From Candidatus Yanofskybacteria bacterium (lineage in GTDB: Bacteria; Patescibacteriota; Minisyncoccia; 2-02-FULL-40-12; IGHO2-12-FULL-4), in NCBI GenBank assembly GCA_016181105.1, contig JACOZX010000018.1, positions 1 to 60,112 of the forward strand: DNA of 60,112 nt, read 5' to 3'. Each line of letters opens with the position of its first letter. Position 1 is the first letter of the stretch. Below are positions 25,954 through 33,871 of this stretch, in pieces. Below the pieces are notes generated by a model that was not told the origin of the DNA, searched no databases, and saw only the letters and a list, made by a program, of their open reading frames with translations. Position numbers and translations under genes: made by a program.

Positions 25954-26000
25954 GGGCACTATCGCCTATCAAAATAACTTACTTGAGCAGGCAAGTGCCC
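25954..26000 (-). terminator. possible terminator (7-bp stem, large loop, long U-run)
   Basis: The minus strand reads GGGCACT..33 nt..AGTGCCC followed by TTTTTTTGTTTTTT, downstream of the ORF ending at 26147. Confidence 0.35.
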
Positions 26001-26146
26001 TGTTTGGAAAAATAAAAAGATACCGGCTACCCCTTAAAAGCGGTGGTAGCTAGAATATAAAGATCTAGATTAAGGGTATCAAGTTAAATAAAAAAAGTCA
26101 ACGAGAGTTATCAACAGGTGTTGATAAGGTGTTACTAAAGTAGATT

Positions 26147-27505
26147 CTAGAATCCAAGTAGAGTGTCAACAATGGAGTACACTTGTTCACGAGAGCTGGC
26201 AATTACGAGGTAGGTATTGTTATTTGCTGAAGAAACTAGGGCGTAATCAATAGACCTGTCAGGATAGGGGAAGTTCATAAATCTTATGTCCACGTCCCGG
26301 TATTTGTTGTTCTCAAAGATATCTTGTTCGGATGCTTCTGTAATCTGAAAAAGCTCGGCTAAGTCATCTGATAATGTTTGTTCCCACTCTGACATGGCTA
26401 TTCTGGCGACAACGGCGTCAGTAATCTCAACAATCAGAGCAGTCCTTGTTTCGGGTTCGGCATCTGTGATGGGTTTACCCAGATCGTCAAATTTTTCCTG
26501 TTGGCGGGAAATTACCAGGCCAAACCTTTTATCAGTAACATTGTCAAGCAGGCTTTGGTTTTGATTAACGAGGAATCTGCTGACAAAACTTGAGAAAGTT
26601 ACGGGTTCTCCGGTTTCGTTTTCCGGAGTTAAAAACAAATTCTTTGAGCTTTCTCCCAAAACAACTTGAGATAGGACCAAGTTAAGAGGTTCCATGTCGT
26701 CCAGAGAAGCCAAATCAGGCACGACAACCGAATCACTGGAGGCAAAGATTAGTTTTAACGGTTTAAGGAAATCGGGCGTAGATGTTGGAGTCGGCGAAGA
26801 GGTGACTACCGGAGTAATGTCTTCTCTTAAGAAATAAAACCAATATCCGCCACCAGCCACAACCACCAAGACAACGATGGCAATGAGTGTCCATCGGTTA
26901 AAAACAGCGGTCTTTTTGGGCGGCACGGCAATTGCCGACGTCGGTACGGGTTTATCCTTGACTTGTTGAGGACTAAGTGGTCTGATATTAGGCAAAACAG
27001 AACGTTTTTCTGCTCCGGCTATGCTTATGCTTGCCGAGGGTGGTAATGGCTTTGGCGGCAACCTGTCAGATGGTTGGCCGGTAGACGGTAGGGGCGGGGA
27101 ACTGGGAATGGTTACTTCCACGCCTTTCGCCGGTGCTCCCTGACCGATAGATTTAATATCGCTTTCCATGGTTCTAATGGAAGATTTGGCGCTGATATTG
27201 CTGGTTGCCGCCGGGTTTGGTTGAACCGGTCGCGGAGGGACAAGAGGCGGGGCGGTTGGAGAACTCTTAATTGGAGGAATTGTGGTTGAAGGTGATGGCG
27301 CAGCAATTAGTGGAGGCTTGGGTATGGTTGGCGCGGGCACGACAACAGGAGCTGTCGGTTTTGGCGGTTGCGATACAGGCCCGCCTGTTGGGCGGACAGG
27401 CCCGCCTGCCGGACGGGCAGGCAAAGAAGCCGGAGACGGCAATTGAGGAGTTGATTCAGAATCTTTTGCTATTGGTAAATTTGAAGGAGGGGGATTTGTT
27501 GCCAT
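26147..27505 (-). CDS. proline-rich membrane-anchored hypothetical protein
   Basis: 452 aa with ~200 aa of Pro-rich low complexity, one TM segment (WTLIAIVVLVVVAGGGYWFYFL) and a globular C-terminal part. Confidence 0.6.
   Translation of the reverse strand: MATNPPPSNLPIAKDSESTPQLPSPASLPARPAGGPVRPTGGPVSQPPKPTAPVVVPAPTIPKPPLIAAPSPSTTIPPIKSSPTAPPLVPPRPVQPNPAATSNISAKSSIRTMESDIKSIGQGAPAKGVEVTIPSSPPLPSTGQPSDRLPPKPLPPSASISIAGAEKRSVLPNIRPLSPQQVKDKPVPTSAIAVPPKKTAVFNRWTLIAIVVLVVVAGGGYWFYFLREDITPVVTSSPTPTSTPDFLKPLKLIFASSDSVVVPDLASLDDMEPLNLVLSQVVLGESSKNLFLTPENETGEPVTFSSFVSRFLVNQNQSLLDNVTDKRFGLVISRQQEKFDDLGKPITDAEPETRTALIVEITDAVVARIAMSEWEQTLSDDLAELFQITEASEQDIFENNKYRDVDIRFMNFPYPDRSIDYALVSSANNNTYLVIASSREQVYSIVDTLLGF
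27375..27422. repeat. D-type GC-rich element, two tandem 21-nt units, in frame in the CDS
   Basis: ACAGGCCCGCCTG is repeated at 27375 and 27396. The element encodes PARPAGGPVRPTGGP and shares GGCCCGCCTGCCGGACGRGCAGGC with the polA insert. Confidence 0.8.
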
Positions 27506-27525
27506 ATAAACTTACCATTGAAAAA

Positions 27526-29622
27526 TTATTTTTTCATGGATAAGTTTATTCTACCATATTCGTCAATATTTTTCACACGCACATGCACGCTTTGTCCAAT
27601 TTTTAGAACATCTGACGGCCGGCGGATATGCTCGTTTGAAATTTCAGAGACATGAACCATGCCGTCTTGACCCGGCTTAAACTCAACAAAAGCCCCAAAA
27701 TCCATAATTTTTACAACTTTGCCGTCAAACTCATCGCCCGGTTTGGCTTCGTAAGTTATATCTTCAATCCACAAGATTGCCTTTTTCATGCCCTCGGCGC
27801 TGTCCGAAGTTATAAACACCGAACCATCGTCTTCAATGTCAATTTGCACGCCGGTTTTGTCTATAATTTCATTTATCATCTTACCCTGCGGGCCGATGAC
27901 AGTGCGAATTTTTTCCGGATTTATTTTGATAATTTTAACCCTAGGCGCGAAAGATGAAAGTTCTTTTCTTGGCTCCGATATGGCCTTGGCCATCTGGTCT
28001 AGTATCTCCAACCTTGCTTTTTTGGTTTGTTCCAAGGCTTTTTCCAGTATTTCCGGCGTGATGCCTTCAATTTTTACGTCCATCTGCATGGCGGTAATTC
28101 CATTTCTGGTGCCGGCAACTTTCAGGTCCATGTCGCCGTGATGGTCTTCCGGGCCCTGAATATCGGTAAGGACTTTATACTTATCGCCTTCGGCGGAAAA
28201 CATTAAACCCATGGCAATTCCCGCCGCCGGGGTTTTAATTGGCACACCGCCATCCATCAAAGCCAAAGAGGCGCCGCAAACAGAGGCCATGGAAGATGAG
28301 CCGTTGGAGGATAAAATTTCAGAAACAACCCTGATTGTGTAAGGAAATTCTTCTTTGGAAGGAATAATCGGCTCCAAAGCTCTTTCAGCCAAAGCGCCAT
28401 GGCCAATCTCCCGCCGTCCGGCAAAACCCATTCTGCCAACCTCACCGACGCTAAAAGGAGGAAAAACATAGTGATGCATGAAGCGTTTTTTGGTCAATTC
28501 TATCTCCATGGTTTCAATCCATTGTTCCATGCCCGGCGCGGCCAAAGTCAAAGAAGAGAGAGCCTGGGTTGTGCCTCGGTTGAACAAACCGGTGCCGTGA
28601 GAGTGGGGGAGAACGGCAACTTCGGCGTTAATTGCCCGGAGTTCGTCAACTTTTCTACCGTCCGGCCTTTTTTCCGACTCCAAAATATTTTTATGGACAA
28701 TTCGGTCAATTTCTTCTTCAAAGATAATGTTTGCTTCTTTAAGCTTGCCGTCTAACTCCGGATGCTCTTTGAATTGTTCCTTTATATATTCAGCAAGTTC
28801 GTCTTGTGTCCGGTGAAGGCCTTCCACATATTCTTGTTTGTGGGGTGTGTATAAAACTTTTTCAAGTTTTGGCGAGACGAAATCGCTGACCAGTTTGTGT
28901 AAAGCCTCGTCGTGGCTGAAAATGTCCAGTTTTTTCTTTTCAACTTTAAAATCACCGGCAATTTTCTGCTGTAATTTGGTCAGTTTTTGGATTTCTTTAA
29001 AGCCGTGATTAATTGCTTCAGCGATGTCTTTCTCCGGGATAATCTTGCCGCCGGCTTCAATCATATTTATTTTATTGGCTGTGCCAGCAACAATGATGTC
29101 AAAATCGCTTTCTGTCCGTTCGGTATAAGTTGGGTTTATGACTAATTTGCCTGCAACTCTGCCAACTCGAACACCGGCCACCGGTCCGTCAAAAGGAATA
29201 TCAGAAATCATCAAAGCCAAAGAAGCGCCAAAAAGCGCTACTATGTCGGGGTCGTTGACTCCGTCAAAAGTCAGAACCGTCGGCACAACCTGTACCTCGT
29301 TTCTTATGTTGTGGTCAAATCTCGGCCTGATTGAGCGGTCAATTACCCGGCTGGTAAGAATGGCTTCTTCCGACGGCCGTGTTTCACGCTTTATCCATTT
29401 AGAGCCCTTAATTTTGCCGGCGGCGTAATATTTTTCTTCGTAGTCCACCGACAAAGGAAAATAGTCGGCATTCTTTGGATGGGCCGACATGGTGGCTGTT
29501 ACCAGCACGGTAGAATCGCCGTACTGCACACGGCAAGAACCGTTTGCCTGTCCGGCTAAACGGCCGATTTCTACAAAGAGTTTTTTGCCCGCAAACTCTT
29601 CGGAATATGTTTTTATATCCAC
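27526..29622 (-). CDS. pnp: polyribonucleotide nucleotidyltransferase (PNPase)
   Basis: 698 aa with two RNase PH domains, KH (GPQGKMINEI) and S1 (GKVVKIMDFGAFVEF). Confidence 0.95.
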   Translation of the reverse strand: MDIKTYSEEFAGKKLFVEIGRLAGQANGSCRVQYGDSTVLVTATMSAHPKNADYFPLSVDYEEKYYAAGKIKGSKWIKRETRPSEEAILTSRVIDRSIRPRFDHNIRNEVQVVPTVLTFDGVNDPDIVALFGASLALMISDIPFDGPVAGVRVGRVAGKLVINPTYTERTESDFDIIVAGTANKINMIEAGGKIIPEKDIAEAINHGFKEIQKLTKLQQKIAGDFKVEKKKLDIFSHDEALHKLVSDFVSPKLEKVLYTPHKQEYVEGLHRTQDELAEYIKEQFKEHPELDGKLKEANIIFEEEIDRIVHKNILESEKRPDGRKVDELRAINAEVAVLPHSHGTGLFNRGTTQALSSLTLAAPGMEQWIETMEIELTKKRFMHHYVFPPFSVGEVGRMGFAGRREIGHGALAERALEPIIPSKEEFPYTIRVVSEILSSNGSSSMASVCGASLALMDGGVPIKTPAAGIAMGLMFSAEGDKYKVLTDIQGPEDHHGDMDLKVAGTRNGITAMQMDVKIEGITPEILEKALEQTKKARLEILDQMAKAISEPRKELSSFAPRVKIIKINPEKIRTVIGPQGKMINEIIDKTGVQIDIEDDGSVFITSDSAEGMKKAILWIEDITYEAKPGDEFDGKVVKIMDFGAFVEFKPGQDGMVHVSEISNEHIRRPSDVLKIGQSVHVRVKNIDEYGRINLSMKK

Positions 29623-29805
29623 AAATTGTGTAACAAGTAAACGAGAGGAGAGTAACTGATTCTGGCCGAAATGCTCAACTTTTTGAACGCTTTGGCCAAA
29701 GCCCCATTACTTCCGTTCCTCCCCGCAAAACTTACTTGTCAAAGTTAATAAAAGCACCATACCATATTACTTGATAAATTTAAAGATGGCGAGGACATGA
29801 CCGGA

Positions 29806-30312
29806 TTATTGGTTCTTTTTGATTAACCACTCCAAAATCTCATCCGTTGACTGTAGTTTGGCCCATTTTTTTAGATACTTAAAATCCAGTTTTTTTTGGA
29901 CTCTTAAAACAGACTCAATATCCTCCAATTGCCGCGAAGATTGGCCCTCTTTGTGCCATCTCAATTTGCTTAAGATTAAGTCCTCGGGAGAGATAAAATA
30001 AACCGTTTCTTTTTCCACTGTCAGCGGCAATCTTCTGGCTAGTTCTTGTTTGGTTATGGGGTTTTTCCCAGCAATAAAAAAATCAACTTTTAGATTGGCT
30101 TCGGGATAAATAAAATTAAACTCGCTTTCTCTTTCCAACGCTTCTTTCATAGCGTCTTCGTCAATGTAAGCAATCTTGGAAATTTTTTGCAGAGCGTTTT
30201 TTAACAGTTTCAGATTTGAAGGAAAAAGTTCAACTATCACGGTGACGGCATATAAAACATTATGCTTGTTTAGAATCTTGGCGACTCGGGCGATTAGTTC
30301 GTGGAAATTCAT
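29806..30312 (-). CDS. hypothetical protein resembling the C-terminal part of MNT/AbiEii-like nucleotidyltransferases
   Basis: 168 aa. FNFIYPEANLKVDFF and ISPEDLILSKLRWH..DIESVL resemble that family, but no G-S/G..DxD catalytic block is visible after LYAVT. Confidence 0.35.
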   Translation of the reverse strand: MNFHELIARVAKILNKHNVLYAVTVIVELFPSNLKLLKNALQKISKIAYIDEDAMKEALERESEFNFIYPEANLKVDFFIAGKNPITKQELARRLPLTVEKETVYFISPEDLILSKLRWHKEGQSSRQLEDIESVLRVQKKLDFKYLKKWAKLQSTDEILEWLIKKNQ

Positions 30313-30448
30313 AATTCCGAGCTAACTGGTTTAGGCTCAAAAGAAACATTGAAAAGTCAGAAACTAGCTTAATCTTTTGGTCAGTCGACATTTTCCGAAA
30401 ATTTTCGTCCTGAACTTCTTGGGCGGTCTTTTTGTCCTTAATTTTCAT
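30260..30448 (-). CDS. small hypothetical ORF overlapping the next ORF by 53 nt
   Basis: 62 aa. The long out-of-frame overlap suggests a disrupted stop or a frameshift. Confidence 0.3.
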   Translation of the reverse strand: MKIKDKKTAQEVQDENFRKMSTDQKIKLVSDFSMFLLSLNQLARNYEFPRTNRPSRQDSKQA

Positions 30449-30450
30449 AG

Positions 30451-31017
30451 CTAATACATCAAAAACTTCTTGGGATCTTCGCCTAAGTCGGTGAAGACGT
30501 CTACCGTTTCTTTAAGCCTTGCCGATGTGCTTCTTCCAAATGAAACCGCTTCTACCTTCAAGCCGCGGTTGACGCGGAGATATTCAACTAAGGGGATAAA
30601 ATCGCCGTCTCCGGTAACTATGACAGCCACATCAATTTTGTCGGCTAAAATGATAGCATCAATGGCTATGCCGACGTCCCAGTCAGCTTTTTTCATGCCT
30701 CCGGGAAAAATCTGCAAGTCTTTTATCTTAATCTCGTAACCGCTTTTTTCCAGAGCTTCCAAAAAAGCCTTTTCTTCGCCTGATTCCGTCTTAATGACAT
30801 AGACGAAAGCGCGGATGAGCTGGCGGCCGTTGACCGCCGCTTCCAGGATTTTTTTAAAGTTAGCTTTGGCGTGGTAAAGATTTTTGGCCGAGTGGTACAT
30901 GTTTTGGGCGTCAACAAAAACGCCAACACGCTGGTGTTGGGTCGTCCCAATGTTGAGACTATGTTCTGTCGGCCTTTTGGCTTGGCTTGTTACTCGTCCC
31001 TTATTTCCTTTGACCAT
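30451..31017 (-). CDS. NYN-domain (LabA-like) putative RNase
   Basis: 188 aa with GVFVDAQNMYHSA, DVGIAIDAI and VIVTGDGDFIPLVEYL. Confidence 0.75.
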   Translation of the reverse strand: MVKGNKGRVTSQAKRPTEHSLNIGTTQHQRVGVFVDAQNMYHSAKNLYHAKANFKKILEAAVNGRQLIRAFVYVIKTESGEEKAFLEALEKSGYEIKIKDLQIFPGGMKKADWDVGIAIDAIILADKIDVAVIVTGDGDFIPLVEYLRVNRGLKVEAVSFGRSTSARLKETVDVFTDLGEDPKKFLMY

Positions 31018-31030
31018 AATTTTATCTGAC

Positions 31031-31297
31031 TTACTTCTTCAAGCCCAATTCTTTGATGGTTTTGGCGTATTTCTTGGGCGATTCCTTTTTGAGGTAATCT
31101 AAAAGACGGCGTCTTTTGGCGACCATTTTGAGGAGGCCGGTGCGGGAACTGTTGTCTTTGATGTGCTTTTTGAGATGCTTGGTTAACCTCTCAATTTCCT
31201 CACTAAACAAAGCTACTTGAACAGCCGCCGAACCGGTATCTTTTTCGTGGATAGAGTGTTTTTTGATTATTTTTGTTTTGTCTTTTGGATTAATCAT
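31031..31297 (-). CDS. rpsO: 30S ribosomal protein S15
   Basis: TGSAAVQVALFSEEIERLTKHLKKHIKDNSSRTGLLKMVAKRRRLLDYL. The start is placed at the internal ATG (88 aa). Confidence 0.9.
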   Translation of the reverse strand: MINPKDKTKIIKKHSIHEKDTGSAAVQVALFSEEIERLTKHLKKHIKDNSSRTGLLKMVAKRRRLLDYLKKESPKKYAKTIKELGLKK

Positions 31298-31442
31298 CTT
31301 GAAAAATGGCCTGATTATAGTATTAAGTTTAGCATAGATTTTTGGTTGAGGCAAATGAGGAGGGGGGGGGAAGCTTCGCTAATGTTACTTTTTCCGATTA
31401 ATTGTGCGACTTATGTTTGTGAGATATAATTATATGCATGCC

Positions 31443-31507
31443 CCGTAGTGAAAACTCGAGACACTGCGGAGCAGTCAAACTAATTAACACTCGAGTTTCT
31501 ACTACGG
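31443..31507 (+). promoter_or_regulatory. 18-bp-arm hairpin in the xer leader that overlaps the Shine-Dalgarno sequence
   Basis: CCGTAGTGAAAACTCGAG..29 nt..CTCGAGTTTCTACTACGG (16/18 paired). The right arm runs into GGAGG-ATG at 31506-31515, and a TATAAT lies at ~31425. Confidence 0.5.
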
Positions 31508-31512
31508 AGGAT

Positions 31513-32372
31513 GGCAGACATTAAGCAACTCAAAAACGATTTTCTGGAGTATCTGGAAATAGAGAAAAACCGTTCGCCGAAGACGGTGGAAAATTACGGA
31601 CATTATCTTAACCGGTTTTTGAATTTTGCATCTGACAGATAGTCATGGCGAATCCTTAAAAAAAGTTACTCAAAACTACCATATCATCGCCATCCGCGCT
31701 TTTTTGAAATATTTATCAAAAAGGGAAATTAAGTCTGTCTCGCCTGAAAAAATAGAGCTGGGCAAGCAAGAAGATCGGCATATTGATTTTTTAGAGTCAA
31801 ACGAATTGGCAAGACTTCTTGCTTCGCCAAAAGGCGATGACCTGCCCAGTCTGCGCGATAAAGCTATTTTGGAAACTTTATTCAGCACCGGCTTGCGTGT
31901 TTCGGAACTTTGCTCTTTAGAAACGGACAAGGTGGACTTGAACAGGGGAGAGATATCTGTCAAAGGCAAGGGCTCTAAAATCAGACTGGTCTTTTTATCA
32001 GACGATGCCCAAAAAGCAAACCGGGCATATTTGAAAAAACGCAGCGATGCCGATACCGCGTTTTTTATTCGGATTCCCAAAGATCAAAGATTTGGTAAAT
32101 ATGAAAACCTGGGACTAACTCCCCGCAGCGTGCAAAGGATAATAAAAAAGCACGCAACGCGCGCCGGAATTGTCGGTAAAAAAGTCAGTCCGCATTCTCT
32201 TCGCCATAGCATGGCCACCGACCTTCTAAGAAACGGCGCCGATATTCGCTCCGTTCAAGCAATACTCGGCCACTCATCTGTTACCACAACTCAAATCTAC
32301 ACTCATGTAACCGACAGCGGATTGAAAGAGGTACACAAAAAGTATCATAAAAATAAAGTCACCGAAAGTTAA
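31513..32372 (+). pseudogene. XerC/XerD-family tyrosine recombinase with an interrupted N-terminal core-binding domain
   Basis: MADIKQLKNDFLEYLEIEKNRSPKTVENYGHYLNRFLNFASDR stops at a TAG near 31642. The rest continues in another frame from ~31626 (LHLTDSHGESLKKVTQNYH..). The catalytic residues are intact (LRVSEL, HSLRHS, GHSS, IYTHV). Confidence 0.7.
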
Positions 32373-32374
32373 GC

Positions 32375-32403
32375 CACCCTACGTCCTCGGAGGACGTAGG
32401 GTG
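32375..32403 (+). terminator. 13-bp hairpin after the xer stop (no U-run)
   Basis: CACCCTACGTCCT-cgg-AGGACGTAGGGTG. Confidence 0.4.
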
Positions 32404-32460
32404 AGGACATAGTGAGTAGTACAAGGTTCCACCTTGTACTACCTTGTACTACAAAAAACA

Positions 32461-32497
32461 GCCCCGAGGAGGCTTAAACTGCAAGCCTGCTCGGGGC
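32461..32497 (-). terminator. nested hairpin plus U-run on the minus strand
   Basis: GCCCCGAG..AGGCTT..AAGCCT..CTCGGGGC, followed on the minus strand by TGTTTTTTG, downstream of the small ORF. Confidence 0.55.
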
Positions 32498-32508
32498 ATT
32501 ATTCTAAG

Positions 32509-32694
32509 TTATCTGCTTCCAACACTTTCCCTTATGGGCGATCGGGAAAGACCGATTTCTTTATAAAACCTTTCAATCAGGATCAGCCTGGCTAACCCTG
32601 ATTCCATAGGAGCATTTTCAAACTCCCCGTCTTCGTTTCTGGGAACTCTGTCCCTTCTCCTTGCCGTAACTTTTCCATTCTGGTCGTGATTCAT
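32509..32694 (-). CDS. small hypothetical protein (61 aa)
   Basis: The ATG is preceded by AAGGAG. It is basic (KVTARRRDRVPRNEDGEF). Confidence 0.35.
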   Translation of the reverse strand: MNHDQNGKVTARRRDRVPRNEDGEFENAPMESGLARLILIERFYKEIGLSRSPIRESVGSR

Positions 32695-32846
32695 GAAATC
32701 TCCTTTTTTGTGTGACCGAAATACTGCTTTAGTATAACACATTCCTAGAAAAAAGGAAGCCCTAGCGTTAGCTAGGGCTTTTTGGGGTCTTGGGGTGGGA
32801 TTTACTGCCCCCACACTCTGGCGAGTATGGGGTAAAAATTTTTGAG

Positions 32847-33506
32847 TTAGGCGGCGGCCGTCAGCGAGGCCGGGCGGATTTTTTTGGTCGCCTTGATCTT
32901 ATCGATCTCGGCAACCGTGAAGCCCAGCGCCTGCAAAATTCCGCAGGCGACACCCCGATTTACGAGACCCTTCTTCTGCTCGGCCAGCTCAATGCGAGCG
33001 GCCCGAATCAGGGAAAAAAGAGAGTCTACGTTGTCCTGCGCCGATTCCGACTCCAAAGCTGTGATAACTGCCTCGGCACCGAACAGGGAAACTGCAAAGG
33101 AGGCGATTTGAGGCAAGCTGTTGAACAGCTGCCACATGTCGCTGTCAACTTCCTCTGCCTCGAACTTCGCCATGTGGTAGGCGATAGCCAACAGGTTGGG
33201 GTTCTGGACGATGGGTTGCACGATGTTAACCCCTTCCTCAACTGCCCCGACCAAAGTCTCGGCCGGAAGTATGTCGGTGGAATCGTAACGGTCATCGGCT
33301 ACCAGACCGGCCAGCTCGTCGATGGAAAGATACGGGCGACCAAAAGTATTCTTGGCCTCCATCTCTTTGGCTGACTCCTCCTCTTCTCGAACCTCTGGCA
33401 TGAACTCGTCGGTAAAAAAAACTGCAGGCTTTCTGAGTTCGGGGCGAGTCGGGTGATTTACAAAAATTCCGCCCAACTCTTCCTTGACAGTCACCATATT
33501 TGACAT
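32847..33506 (-). CDS. hypothetical acidic protein (GC-rich island 2)
   Basis: ~219 aa with a start after GAGGTG. Its composition is sensible, unlike the Arg/Gly-rich opposite-strand ORF. Confidence 0.5.
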   Translation of the reverse strand: MSNMVTVKEELGGIFVNHPTRPELRKPAVFFTDEFMPEVREEEESAKEMEAKNTFGRPYLSIDELAGLVADDRYDSTDILPAETLVGAVEEGVNIVQPIVQNPNLLAIAYHMAKFEAEEVDSDMWQLFNSLPQIASFAVSLFGAEAVITALESESAQDNVDSLFSLIRAARIELAEQKKGLVNRGVACGILQALGFTVAEIDKIKATKKIRPASLTAAA

Positions 33507-33669
33507 AAACACCTCACAAAAAAACTTTGTTGAAAGTTAACTACAAGTTTTCAAATTTCTATACTCTAATTATACCAAATTTTGACCACTTTTGTCAATG
33601 GTTCGGCGAACTTGCCACTAACAACCAAAAAAGCCTATTTTTAAGGCTTTTTTGGAATATCTAATTTTA

Positions 33670-33871
33670 GAGCTTGGGCGAATAATGCTTTTGTAGGCTC
33701 TGTAAGCTGTGGATTGCTCGCGAGCCGCTTTTTCAGCCCATTCAGCAGAATAAGATGAAAAAGTGGCGAGCTGGTCGGAAAGTATTCTTTCCGAATCCAT
33801 AGCTTACAAAGAGCGAGCTTTTTCGCTGGAAAAAAGCGAGCGTCCGGAAAAAGCATTATTCGCCCAAGCTC
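33670..33871 (-). ncRNA. A-type structured element, copy 3
   Basis: The closing helix is GAGCTTGGGCGAATAATGCTTTT/AAAAGCATTATTCGCCCAAGCTC. It has the same core as copies 1 and 2, with compensated stems. Confidence 0.7.

Noticed and set aside
32790-33374. The plus-strand 194-aa ORF in GC-rich island 2.
   Set aside because: Its composition is Arg/Gly-rich and nonsensical. The minus-strand 32847..33506 ORF has balanced composition and a GAGGTG-ATG start context.
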